In this document: positions 53,301-64,000 of the stretch, in pieces
Layout: the number at the start of each line of letters is the position of its first letter
How positions within the stretch are numbered: position 1 is the first letter of the stretch
DNA from: Antedon mediterranea
Lineage: Eukaryota > Animalia > Echinodermata
NCBI RefSeq assembly: GCF_964355755.1
Contig: NC_092672.1
Coordinates: 38,198,437-38,262,436 of the forward strand
Direction of reading: 5' to 3'
DNA: 64,000 bases
The notes under the pieces: model-generated
Database searches by the model: none
What the model saw: only the letters and a program-made list of their open reading frames with translations
What the model was told of the DNA's origin: nothing
Program-made: the position numbers and the translations under genes

Positions 53301-54285
53301 GTGTGTTACATCACATCCACAGAGCGTTCACTGTGGCAGACATCTTTGACTTTTCACATCAAGACACAGTGTGATACATCATTGAGCATTTACTGTGGCA
53401 GACATCTAGAAAGGAGCTTGTCAAAGACGACACTCGGGGTTGGATTCTAACATGGAGTACTTTCTGATTCTAATGAAACTTGCACGTAGGCACCCACTAC
53501 TGCGTGACATTAAAACATTGACCCATGTGTTGTTAGGAAATTGGTTTTAATGATGTAAATAACAAACTAGCCACCATGAATATACATAATTTGCTTCTAT
53601 AGAACCAGTTGTCTACCTGTGGTACAGTGGTAAACATTACTTGAACCGTCTACTTGTGGTATACAATTAATTCCGTATGGAACAATGGCATCACAGTGGT
53701 TTAAGCAAATAAACAAATAGTTTCATTGTTCTAAGAAGTGACAAAACAGCCAAAAAGCATGTCACCGATTAGGTGTTCCACCTCCAAGATTATTGGGACT
53801 TTCCTGGCAATCCCCATGTATATTGATTTGTAGTATTACAACTGTATTTCCATTATTTTTTCATTAAACTACTACTAAGACATTAAAACAAACATACTGT
53901 ACATTTTGTTCATTAGAAAAGTAGACTTTTATTTACTGTTTTAAGCATGCCTCTAACAATTTACAAATGTGGTCCAATGCATACAATCCAGTATATTGTA
54001 CATCATAAATTCTTACTGCTGAATAATATTAATATGTCATTTTATAATATAATATATTTTTGTTTTATTTAGCAGCTTCTTTAATCTTACTTCATAGCAC
54101 TCTCAAACTTTTTAAATTACTATTTTTAACAATTGATCACCATCCTGCTACTCTGTACAGTTTAATGATTTTTATTCTGTATGAATAATTGTAAGTGTCC
54201 ATGTTATACAAAGCATGCAATATCTACAACTCCTTTCACACTGTCATATTATTTTAACATTTACAGACAACATAGGCCTCATTCA

Positions 54286-54416
54286 AGCCCTGTCCACACC
54301 TAGTTATTTACCTGAGTAAGTTGGTTCTTACCCACCAAAGTTACCAATATTAAACTGCACCAATGAAACCAACTTTCTGTACCCAGGTAAATGAATAACT
54401 AAGCTTGGACAGGGCC
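54286..54416. mobile_element. Harbinger-like MITE
   Basis: GCCCTGTCCACACCTAGTTATTTACCTG...CAGGTAAATGAATAACTAAGCTTGGACAGGGC inverted ends. Confidence 0.65.
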
Positions 54417-54918
54417 CATTATTGGTTTTATTCCATGCAAGGACACATAAACTATGTCAGTGTTTGCTGTGTATAATTCACTCATACTAAATGATTACAA
54501 CATCAAGGTGTAAACAACACTCTTTCAATTTATCAATACAAACTGGTTGCATAAATTGGTATTTTGAATCTTGTGAAAAACATGCATTCAAAAAAAAGTT
54601 TAAATAAATAACAGATTGGATGAAAAATTAGAAATAAAATTTCGCATACTTTAAGTCAAAATTATATTTATACACCCCTTTCACCGCCTTTCAAAATTCT
54701 CGTGTTTACACCAACACCCCACAAACACCAGTCCTTTGCTAGGCTATGTGAAAGGGGTATAATATTTTTGGAGCATTATAATATTTGGCAAACTGGATGA
54801 GTTTGAAAATTGGCAAAATATACTGGACATTTTTTTTTATAGAAAAATAAATTGTGTAAAACATGGTGTATTAACTGAATAACCTTAATAAATTCAAACT
54901 ATAATCAATAATTTGGTT

Positions 54919-56031
54919 TCATGTAGAATTACTATCATTGGGGTCCAGCGTGCGTCTGTGTCTAGTTTCATTCACCATACGCACAATAAATACCCCAAAA
55001 TCTTGATGTAATTCTGCAAATGACCGCGCTCGTTTTTCGCTATCAATATACATATTCTGTTGGGGTCTTGTCACGGTTGATGGAGCAGAACGTGAGAACG
55101 GATTGTTCTTTTTTATCTTCGATGAAGCAGCGCTCAATCGACTAGGTGCACGTATTTGCGGCACATCCACTACAGGAACGTTTTCGTACGATACAGGTTT
55201 TGTTCTTCCTTCAGGAAGTTCCTCATATTCTGATTCTCGTGAACTTGACGTGCTTGAAGACAACGTATCACTAATGGCGGCATCATCATCTATTGGATTC
55301 CAAATATCGTAGGCAGGATTATTGTACCTGGACGGACCACTGACCGGTTCATGTTCTGAGTTACGGTTACTATGAAATGGACTTTTACGAGGAGCACCGG
55401 TATGTGCAAGCGATTCGGTTTTTCCTTTATCGTAAATGCTCACAGCAGAGCTTGAGGGAAGCGGCATTGGATTGTCTCGTATTTCGTCCAAACTGCCTGT
55501 ACTGTGGCTGTGAACGTCTGATAACCGGGCCCCGTTGACACTGCTCTCACTGTCTTGGCGTGACGGGGTGTACTGGCTGTATCGATGCGACTGTCGAGCG
55601 GCAGCAATGTTACTATCGTTGTGAGATAGCTCATCAAGTTGTCGCTGTAATTCAATGACCATTGCTTTCATATACTCATAACTAGCACATGATAATACTT
55701 TCATCCATGACTCCATCTCATCCTGGGTATTTGCACCTAAAGTGTACGACCGCACACCTTCTCCCGGAAAAGATATCTGGAACATATTGTTATCGTCTAA
55801 ATCTGCTAATTCTATTCTACATCCTTCTAATATTATCAAACCAAGTGGTTCCTTGTCACCTTTCTTGTCAAAGTAAAATAATAAATTGCCCTTCAGGACA
55901 AAAAACCGCCTTTGAAAACGACTCGAGTCACCTTTTTTGTTCAATATTCCTTCCTTATCAACAGGCGAGTTACATGAGGCAAAATACGCCACATTGCGTT
56001 CATTTAAACGCATCTTAGCACTTTTCGACAT
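54919..56031 (-). CDS. PHETA1: Sesquipedalian / IPIP27 / FAM109 PH-domain endocytic adaptor, 370 aa, single coding exon
   Basis: MRLNERNVAYFASCNSPVDKEGILNKKG...FVLKGNLLFYF PH domain, coiled coil (MKAMVIELQRQLDEL), C-terminal F&H motif SFAELHQDFG. Probably a single co-orthologue of PHETA1/2. Confidence 0.93.
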   Translation of the reverse strand: MSKSAKMRLNERNVAYFASCNSPVDKEGILNKKGDSSRFQRRFFVLKGNLLFYFDKKGDKEPLGLIILEGCRIELADLDDNNMFQISFPGEGVRSYTLGANTQDEMESWMKVLSCASYEYMKAMVIELQRQLDELSHNDSNIAAARQSHRYSQYTPSRQDSESSVNGARLSDVHSHSTGSLDEIRDNPMPLPSSSAVSIYDKGKTESLAHTGAPRKSPFHSNRNSEHEPVSGPSRYNNPAYDIWNPIDDDAAISDTLSSSTSSSRESEYEELPEGRTKPVSYENVPVVDVPQIRAPSRLSAASSKIKKNNPFSRSAPSTVTRPQQNMYIDSEKRARSFAELHQDFGVFIVRMVNETRHRRTLDPNDSNST

Positions 56032-56533
56032 CGTGAAAATGAATGAGCAACAAATTTAAGTTATTTTTCCATGATTAAATACGATATAAGTCTAATAATA
56101 GACATCATTTGACAGCAATACCTAGCCTAATTTTTTCAGAAAGTTCTTCCGGCGATTTCAATCTTCAATTACAACTTTATCAGTCATGCGCAATGCCCTT
56201 TAACTTAGTGTATTGCTCCATTTTTAAGAAGGGTGTAGTTTTATAATTTGTTTGCAAAATTGTTTACAAAAATGTATTTTAAACAGTAATGATAACTAAT
56301 ATACATTCTATAGTAATGAAAGTATATATAAATAAATCAAGGTCAACTTTACATTGTTTTCGCAAGAGCAGTATTTGAATAAAATTAAGACACTCCTGTT
56401 TACCAATAGAAGAACCAGAAATTGAACGACAACAAACATCTCGAGTAAATAAACACAAGTCAGGACATGTCGCGTGTCAGTAGTGCCTAGTGGCCTTTAA
56501 ATTTTGTTATACTGAAAAACATTTAATCTAATT

Positions 56534-59101
56534 ATGATGTCTTCATCTAAGGTAACTGACTATTTTTCCGTGAAAAAAGGCCACGAATCAAAGTTATCAA
56601 AGAAACCAAAATCTCAAGTAAAGCATGTACCGAAAATAACAGGTAGGCCTATATTTAATTTGTAGGCCTAGCCTAGGCCTAGCCTAGGCCTAGCAGTAGT
56701 AGTAGTAGGCCTAGTAGTAGTACTAGGCCTATATAGGCCTCTACTCTAGTCTAGGTAGGCTAGTAGGCCTATGCTATTTTACTATTATTAAACAAAACTA
56801 AACAAAGACGATGACACACACAGCACAGTGAGTAGTCTACAGTGTAGTAGTAGGCCTAGGCCCTAGGCCTCTGCGACCGGGGTTGCTACTTTAATACTAC
56901 TCTACCCTAGGCTAGGCTAGGCCTAGTAGTAGGGTGTCACAAAACCTAAGACCACGAAAGCTAAGACCCCCTAAGACCTAAGATCACGAAAGCTAAGACC
57001 CAAGACCTAAGATTACAAATATTTATCTTTCGCACCTGCCTTGTATTTTAACTCCCAACATTTATTCTGAATACCACACCTTAGAATTGGCACTTTCATG
57101 AAAAAGAATCGCATAAAAAGTAACAAATACATTTTTAAATTGATGATTTTACAGACGTTTTTCTCGCACACAAAATGACTAGCCTACAGCACACTAGAAG
57201 TAGGCCTACCCCCCATGTTCAATGTTTTTGTTTCTATGTCAAAAGAGCAAAAATTATATAGAGGGCTGAAAACTCTGTGGAGTCCATCTACAGTGTGGAT
57301 GGAACAATGTAAAATTAAAATTGTAATGATAATAGTATAATCATGCAAGTACGAAGAAATAAATACTGGCAAATAAATTTTAACTTAAAAATTATGATAA
57401 GTTTTTTTGTTTCGTTTTCTTTCTGTTTTTATACTTGTACTATTATTGTTGCTCTTTTGGCGCTCCATAGAAACAAAAACATTGAGCACAGGGAGCTCGA
57501 GGAGTTACATTACAGTATACAAAGAAACACGTCTGTAAAATCAGGATGGGAAAGGATTTATTTATTTGTTATTATGTGTTTCTCCTGAAAGTACTTATAA
57601 GTCCTAATTTTAAAGTGTGGTATTCAGGATAAAGTTAGTCAACAAATTTGGAGTCAAAATACAAGAAAGGCAGGTGCGTAAGAAAAACATCCTCTGAACC
57701 AACACATTGGAGTAAATATATACCAACAAACAACCCGTCAAGTTTGTTGTAAAGAAAAAATATACATTTACTCAACGGGCGAAAATAATGTGAGTTTATC
57801 TATGTTTTGCGGTAGTATTAAATTATATTTATGGTAATAAATGAAACCTACTGTGTTTAAAATTATGTATGGATAAACAAGTATTGTTTTTAAGCTGTAG
57901 TATATCTTAGAATTTGTAATCTTAGGTCTTGGGTCTTAGCTTTCGTGATCTTAGGTCTTAAGGGGTCTTAGCTTTCGTGGTCTTTGGTTTCGTGACACCC
58001 GCCTAGTAGTAGTATAATATAATAATCAAAACAAGGTATGATATGCTTGTTGTTTAGTATATATTTTTTAAGGAACCAAATGGATAAAATGTGTAAATGT
58101 AAAATTTATTTATTTATTCAATTTCTGCCATATACATTACAAAGAAGACAAAACAATTATAAAAGCAGGCACGGAAAGACCAAAAAGGTGCTAATAAACA
58201 GCTATGCTAGTTGGTCAACCCAGAACAGAGCACAGGAAAAAAAAATATAAAAAAAATAAATAAATTATGTTCCACAATTCTACAAGAAAGCGACCAACTA
58301 CACACATTTTCAATATCAAAATTATTATTATTTAATTAATAAAATAACTTAATAAGTTATAAGTAATACTGTATTATTTAATATTATACTGTAACTAAAT
58401 TAATTGCAGAATCACAACAAACAGACAGTAACAAACATGCAGAAAAATTGCATCAAAAACAACTGAACGTGCTGAGGACATTTGACATGAAATGGGAGTA
58501 TGGCCCATGTGTGGGTCAGTAGAATTAAACTTTGTCTTTTGTTTTCAGTGTTATACTAAGGTTTGGTTCCCACTAGGACACAACGCAAGTTGTAGACGCA
58601 ACGTAAAGTTGTTGACCAATGACAAGCGACAGTTTGAATCATCCATCGCTTGTGATTGGTCAAATCACTTGCATTGTGTCTATGTCCTAGTACGAACCAA
58701 GTATTTCTAATGCATATAATAGGCATACTCTAAATGCTCATTAGAACATTGTGTGTTTTAATTAACATTTTTATTCAGGTGTGAGCAGGTTGGAGAGATG
58801 GCAGCATGCCGACCAACATAACTTAAACCCACCACTTGCTATTAAAAAATTGATTGAAGATCATAGTACTGATGAAGAGTATACACAGTGGTGAGTATTA
58901 TCTGACTTGAAATATGTTATAGATTAATATGAATCTCTGCCAAATCATTTGAATAGACTTTTGATTGCATGTGGTTAGATTATCTTTGTTAGCAAGAACA
59001 TATTTAGTGGTAGGTCAGTGTATGAGTAAAGATAAGAAAAGTGTTTCATTAAAAATTGTTTTATTTTCTTTAAAAGCGTGTGGAATAGCTATGAATTATA
59101 A
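56534..59101 (+). CDS. POLD4: DNA polymerase delta subunit 4 (p12), 4 exons, 116 aa
   Basis: Exons 56534-56642, 58410-58514, 58779-58890, 59077-59101 (351 nt, phases consistent). Motifs KVTDYFSVKK, LRTFDMKWEYGPCVGVSRLERWQHA...LNPP, and end CVWNSYEL*. Confidence 0.92.
56932..58000. mobile_element. Mutator/foldback-like non-autonomous element, 1069 bp, 11-bp TSD, in POLD4 intron 1
   Basis: ~90-bp TIRs GGGTGTCAC...CTAAGACC-repeat.../...GTGACACCC. GCCTAGTAGTA at 56921-56931 and 58001-58011. A second, internal degenerate inverted arm lies at ~57030-57240 vs ~57466-57680. Confidence 0.85.
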
Positions 59102-60191
59102 CACTGTCAGTGGAAAAGGAACATTGCAGAACAATTTTCAACCAACATCATTGCTGGTACATTACTGTACACGATAGATATGGTGTCATTTCCAATCTAT
59201 TTCACTTGTAATTCAACAGATACCAGTTTAATTGAATTAAAGACAGGCAGGCAGGCAGGCAGACCCAATGAAGGTCAACTTAGGAAACATTCGACAAAAT
59301 AATGTAAACAAAAAATTTAATATTAAAAGCCATATTTTTGACTGGAGAATTCAGATTCCTTTTCTTTTAATATTTTATGAGATAAAATTGATTATAATCT
59401 TTTTCAACTAAACAATTTTTATAGCAATTTTGTATTTTATATTAGTAGATAACATACATACATATTAAAGTATAGTGTACTGTTAATTTAGTATTCCATA
59501 GTAGGTTAGATATTAAAAAATCTTTAGCCAGAGTTTGTAGTGATAATAGGTGTTTGGGTTTAAAGAATGTAGAGTTTTTGTTTTGTTAGTAAAAATCTAA
59601 CACCTCCTTATTTTTAAATTATCAATTTTATTTTACTAAGTTTCAAGTTTGCATACATACTACCGTAGTTCCCCTCCCCCCTTGTACGTGAAATTTGCCC
59701 GAATTTGGGAGGTGGGACTATACCAGGGGATTTCCCACTGCATGAGGTATTATAAATTAAAATTTTAATTTTTTAAATGAATGTTCAAATGTAATTATGA
59801 TCCAATACAAATTGATGTTTGTAATATGATTCACAGTACAGTATTATAAAATATAGTTTGTAAGAAATCCGTATGTTTTGTATTTGTTTGTGAGAAATGT
59901 TTCACAAAAATGAATTAGCATTACCAAAACTGATTTATTGACTTTTTAATGAAAAACATCTAAAATTATTATATATTTTACTATGGTTATACTTCTTAAC
60001 ATTTTATATCAAAGGGTTTGAAGATTCAATGTTGTTTTATCCTTAATGCCACAGTTACTACCAGTCATCATTGTGTTCTCTTTACACTGATGCAGTACAA
60101 TACTTTGATGGCTATCTCCTCTTGTTGGAACATTTGTTTTTTAAACCAGTGTGATTTGTAATAATAGGCTTATGTCCATATTGCACTTGCA

Positions 60192-61492
60192 TCAATGAGA
60201 ATGAAGGTAGTAATCAATAGCCATTGAAAAGGCTGCAAATCCAGCACAACCAAAAATACCTGGTTTGAGTCCAGCTGAAACAGAAAACAAATAAGCACTA
60301 TTAATAACACTATTTTTGGAGATTCATGATATTCTTGTTAAAGTTATAATATAAGTAATTTTTGCAGCAACAGCAGTAGAACCTTTGGACTTTGGACACT
60401 GCTTTTAAGGAGACAATGAAACAAACTTTGCAAATATATTTTAACACTACAGGCAACTCCTATTGTCCCATTAATCTACCATCATCTTACTGTACCTCTC
60501 AAACCAATAGCTCCTCCTGTAACACATCCAGCTATTGGGCTGTTCTTCCAGTCACTTTGTCCACGATGCTGAAAAGAAAAAACAAATTTTATCTTATATT
60601 AGAAACCATGAAGAACGGAATTAATTTATTTTCTATAAATTCAGTTTATTCAATTGTTTACTATTTTCAAAAGTACAGTACAAAAGTTAAGAAGTTTTTT
60701 GAAATTAATGTACAGATCTACTTATGTAATAATAAACAACTGGATTGAACATTTAAAAATGTAAGTTCTTACTGATTCAACAAGGCATTCAACTCCTGCA
60801 AACATTGCACCAATTACTGCAAAATTCTTTGCGTGAAAAAAACTTTTCTTTCCCATATCTTTCAAGACATCTCTTGCTCTTTGTTTTGCTAATTTATCTG
60901 GGTCGACTGGATCTACACTGGCTGCAAATAGTCCGATTGCTGCTCCTAATCCAAATCCTAGTTTAAAAGAAATGTGGGAAAACACAGTGTTAATACAGTA
61001 ATACATCATATCAGGGAGTTATTTTACAACTCCCTGATCATATATTGTATATTAACACACTACAGCAACAATTACAAACAAGTCACATGAAAAATCACAC
61101 AAAATCAAAAACCAAATGCTCTATGTATATAATGTATTAATTTATATTTTCATGGTTATTAATAATAATAATTTAAATAGAATGTAATACTATAACAAGT
61201 GAACAAGAACAAGGTCAGACATCTCCCGTAACAAAGTTGTAAACTGACCTAAAACACAACTGATGACTGTTTTGAATGTACAACTTTCAAAAACACCCTC
61301 CACTAACAATTCGTTTTTCTGTTTAAATGGATGTGGAATTCCAAATGTTCTAATTTCGGAGCTTGTCTTATTCTTATTTGCTCCTAGCAGCTGATCCATT
61401 AAGTTTAGCGTCGAGAAGGGTATATCAGACACTTTATTATCTGATAATTCACCAACATTAATCGTTTTCTCACTTTCCATGGGGGCTGCCAT
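60192..61492 (-). CDS. TIMM22: Mitochondrial inner membrane translocase subunit Tim22, 4 exons, 194 aa
   Basis: Exons 61492-61249, 60957-60773, 60568-60496, 60274-60192 (585 nt). Motifs [89 protein letters not shown]. Confidence 0.95.
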
Positions 61493-61790
61493 CTTGAATT
61501 TTAATTTTATTGAACAGGAACTGTGAGGGCGCAACTGCTGCCAGAGGGAGAGATCTACCAAACAGCTGAGGGCGCAAGAAGACAAAAAATAGTCAGAGAG
61601 AGCCATAAAATTGATTCAATTGCTCTGAAAATAATGCGTCAAATTTGTTTTGATAAAAAAATATGAAATGTTTTGTTGTATTTATATGTGAGACCGACCG
61701 TAAGAGGGCAGCAAGCTAAAAAAGTTAAAGATGCTCATTTGTTTAATTGCATTGTGGGTACTTCCTATCCTATCGAAAATCCGCCATGTG
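61493..61790. promoter_or_regulatory. Probable bidirectional promoter shared by TIMM22 and RPLP0
   Basis: ~300 bp between the TIMM22 ATG and the RPLP0 TOP start. Contains duplicated TGAGGGCGCAA (61524-61534, 61567-61577), ETS-like ACTTCCT and YY1-like CCGCCAT. Confidence 0.6.
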
Positions 61791-61831
61791 TCTTTCTTTT
61801 TTCACGTAACTCTGATCGTTTAACAATCTAG
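61791..61831 (+). promoter_or_regulatory. RPLP0: Probable non-coding exon 1 of RPLP0 with a 5' TOP/TCT pyrimidine tract
   Basis: TCTTTCTTTTTTC, then donor AG|GTATT at 61831/61832; matching acceptor (T)n-AG at 63509. Confidence 0.65.
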
Positions 61832-63549
61832 GTATTAAGATCTAACAAATATATTCTTTTATAACATAATTATGACTATTGTGTTTATTATTAAAGTTAC
61901 TTTCAATAGTGTAATTACTTAAGTACCTTAATGTTTGTTATATTTGATAAAATTGAATGAAATAATACAAATAAAACGTGAAAAATTACACCGGTGAACT
62001 GCTGTGTTGTGAAATGTCTGATCGACTGTATGTAGTGTATGTGACGTGTGTGTAGGAAGAGTTAGTGCAGTGAGTGAGTGCCATGGTGGAGTACGGTCGC
62101 GGAGAATGCAAAATATGCTAGGCTAGCCTATTGTCAAGTAACCAGAATTCCACCAAATTAAATGGGAGTTCTAGTTTTATGTGTATAATAATAGGCTAAA
62201 TAATGTAATGAAGAATGTAATTTTTAAGTTTTAGAAATATTTAAATAACTTTATTAACCGATTCACCACGATAAGTGCTCATGAGGTTAAAAGTCAAGGT
62301 CATTGTAAACAAATTATCAACAAAAAAAAAGTAAATCGAATTTACATGCGTAGTTTGCTGTGCATGAATCGTGACAACAAATTATACAAAATACTCGCAA
62401 CTTTTTTTTTTAAAATATGCTTCTAAATATATAAAAACAATTGTTGAAGTTAGTTTGAAAATAAAATTCGAAAATATAACCGTTTTTCGAAGCACGCTGT
62501 TCGAAACGCGACAGGCGCGTTGAATGAATCTAGGCCTAAACATACAACGTAAAATCTTCTAAAATCCATCTTTATTTGTAATAATCACTATTTTGAAGCT
62601 TGTATACAATAAATGTATAATAAATAAAGATTATGTATCGGTTACAGTGTCTAAATCGTCATATTTCCGTGTAAAAATGTGATTTTTTTACCGGAGAAAA
62701 GTCGTGAAGATGTCCTTACGAGGGCCGCGTCATATTGTTTACCTTTGATTGTAATATGAACCCTGACATGTCAGATGCATTATGGGCATGACATATTTGT
62801 TCAAACTCTGCGCAAAGGTCAGTTTATTGAAGCATAACTTTTGACAAACATTTTGATACCAAACTTGTTTTAATTTCATAAGTTTTCGACGCATTTTCGT
62901 CAAATTTTCTGCAAGGTACACGTCTAAAACAGCGGACTAAGCTCCCGAGGGATGCCAATGCGCGTGAGAATCGCGAATTCCAAGTCGCTTTCGGGATGTT
63001 TTTTTTAACATTCCCGGTGAACAAACAGCGGCGATGACGCTCTCGGGCCGGTTCCCGATAGGCCTAGGCCCCATATGGTCATCGTCGGATGAGTCAGTCT
63101 ACTAATTTCGAAACCGGTCATTCATAATGGTCAAGTTTGGTCTTATTTTGAAGAGAAGAAATAGGTTCTGATGAAGAGATGAGTTTTATTATGAAATATT
63201 TATTAATTTTTGTGCATTTGGTAGTCAAAGGTAATTTACAAATTTTTAATAATTTTCCTAAAATATTTCTAATATTTGCATAATCCATACTCCGCCAAAA
63301 TAAGTTGTAACACAAATTTGATAACATATTTGAAAATAAAATGTCCTTTGCATTATTTTTCTTTTTTAATGTCTGTGTTTAGAAAAAAGGTTAGGGTTAA
63401 TTATGTGACATATGCTTTTTGGGTCCCAGGGTAGCAAAATAAACTTAGGGGTCAATGGGTTTTAATGTGCTTCTTATCTTTTATTTAGTTAACAATTTTT
63501 TTTTTTTAGTCTTTAAACCCAGTAGAGGTAATCCTTGAAGCACGCCAAG

Positions 63550-63603
63550 ATGCCCAAGGAAGACAGAGACACGTGGAAGTCAAACTATTTCTTAAAAATC
63601 ATT
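63550..63603 (+). CDS. RPLP0: 60S acidic ribosomal protein P0, first coding exon (gene continues beyond the window)
   Basis: MPKEDRDTWKSNYFLKII followed by GTAAGT; near-identical to the vertebrate MPREDRATWKSNYFLKII. Confidence 0.95.
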
Positions 63604-63764
63604 GTAAGTGAAAATACTGATATAATCACAAGAAGAAAGTAAAGTAGAACATCATAAAAAATATGGAAAACTAAGGAAAAAGGTGTAAACTGTCAAGAAA
63701 AATTATAACTAGAATGAAGAATTATGTTAAAAAAAACTATATTTCAAGTAGATTTTCTTTTATA

Positions 63765-64000
63765 TAAAATGTATTTATGGTATAAGTAAGCCTAGCCTGA
63801 TAGTCCTTAGATGCTTAATTATGTAATTACACTTACACTTAATGTTTGATGGAAATAGTTTAGGCTAGTGCCTATTAGATTCCATTTCTAGCCGAAAATA
63901 GTTGTCAAGTCTAGACTTAAAGATGTTCACCGAAGAGGCTTGTATTACATATTCAGGCAGAGAATTCCAGTGATGTATGACTCTGATGGTAAAAAAGTTG
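63765..64000 (-). mobile_element. CR1-clade LINE 3' end in the RPLP0 intron
   Basis: The minus strand encodes NFFTIRVIHHWNSLPEYVIQASSVNIFKSRLDNYF, the typical CR1 ORF2 C-terminus (FF..RV...WN.LP...FK..LD). Confidence 0.85.

Noticed and set aside
60192-60194. TGA at the end of TIMM22 as a possible selenocysteine codon
   Set aside because: It falls at the normal C-terminus and no SECIS-like structure was evident.
61190-61606. 138-aa ORF as the TIMM22 N-terminus starting at 61606
   Set aside because: The ATG at 61492 has the CAAGATGGC context and gives a 194-aa protein of typical length. The ORF also runs past the donor at 61248.
62701-62767. Possible C/D snoRNA (GTGAAGA...CTGA) in RPLP0 intron 1
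   Set aside because: The C box is imperfect, the terminal stem is minimal, and no rRNA-complementary guide was recognised.

Overview
AT-rich, intron-rich metazoan nuclear DNA, probably an invertebrate deuterostome (inferred from gene content and intron positions only). Six spliced or single-exon genes could be assembled by hand. They are the 3' half of an MFSD6-like transporter (+, three exons, long repeat-filled introns), a complete 24-exon ANKFY1/Rabankyrin-5 (+, 1151 aa), intronless PHETA/FAM109 (-), POLD4 (+, 4 exons), TIMM22 (-, 4 exons) and the start of RPLP0 (+). PHETA/POLD4 and TIMM22/RPLP0 are head-to-head pairs. Non-coding DNA holds many minisatellites, Harbinger- and pogo-type MITEs, two long-TIR Mutator/foldback-like elements with 9- and 11-bp TSDs, and 3' fragments of L2, Tx1/L1 and CR1 LINEs. 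The most unusual items are: (1) a fully foldable tRNA-like gene with the rare Asp(ATC) anticodon and a Pol III terminator, next to a split inverted repeat; (2) a diverged duplicate 3' splice site/pseudo-exon that would remove the ANKFY1 FYVE domain; (3) a minisatellite that multiplies an ANKFY1 splice donor; (4) two ~25-bp palindromic micro-elements resembling P-element excision footprints; (5) AGGCCT-rich tracts concentrated in first introns. There is no CRISPR array or prokaryotic-type system, and nothing here is by itself proof of a new biological system.
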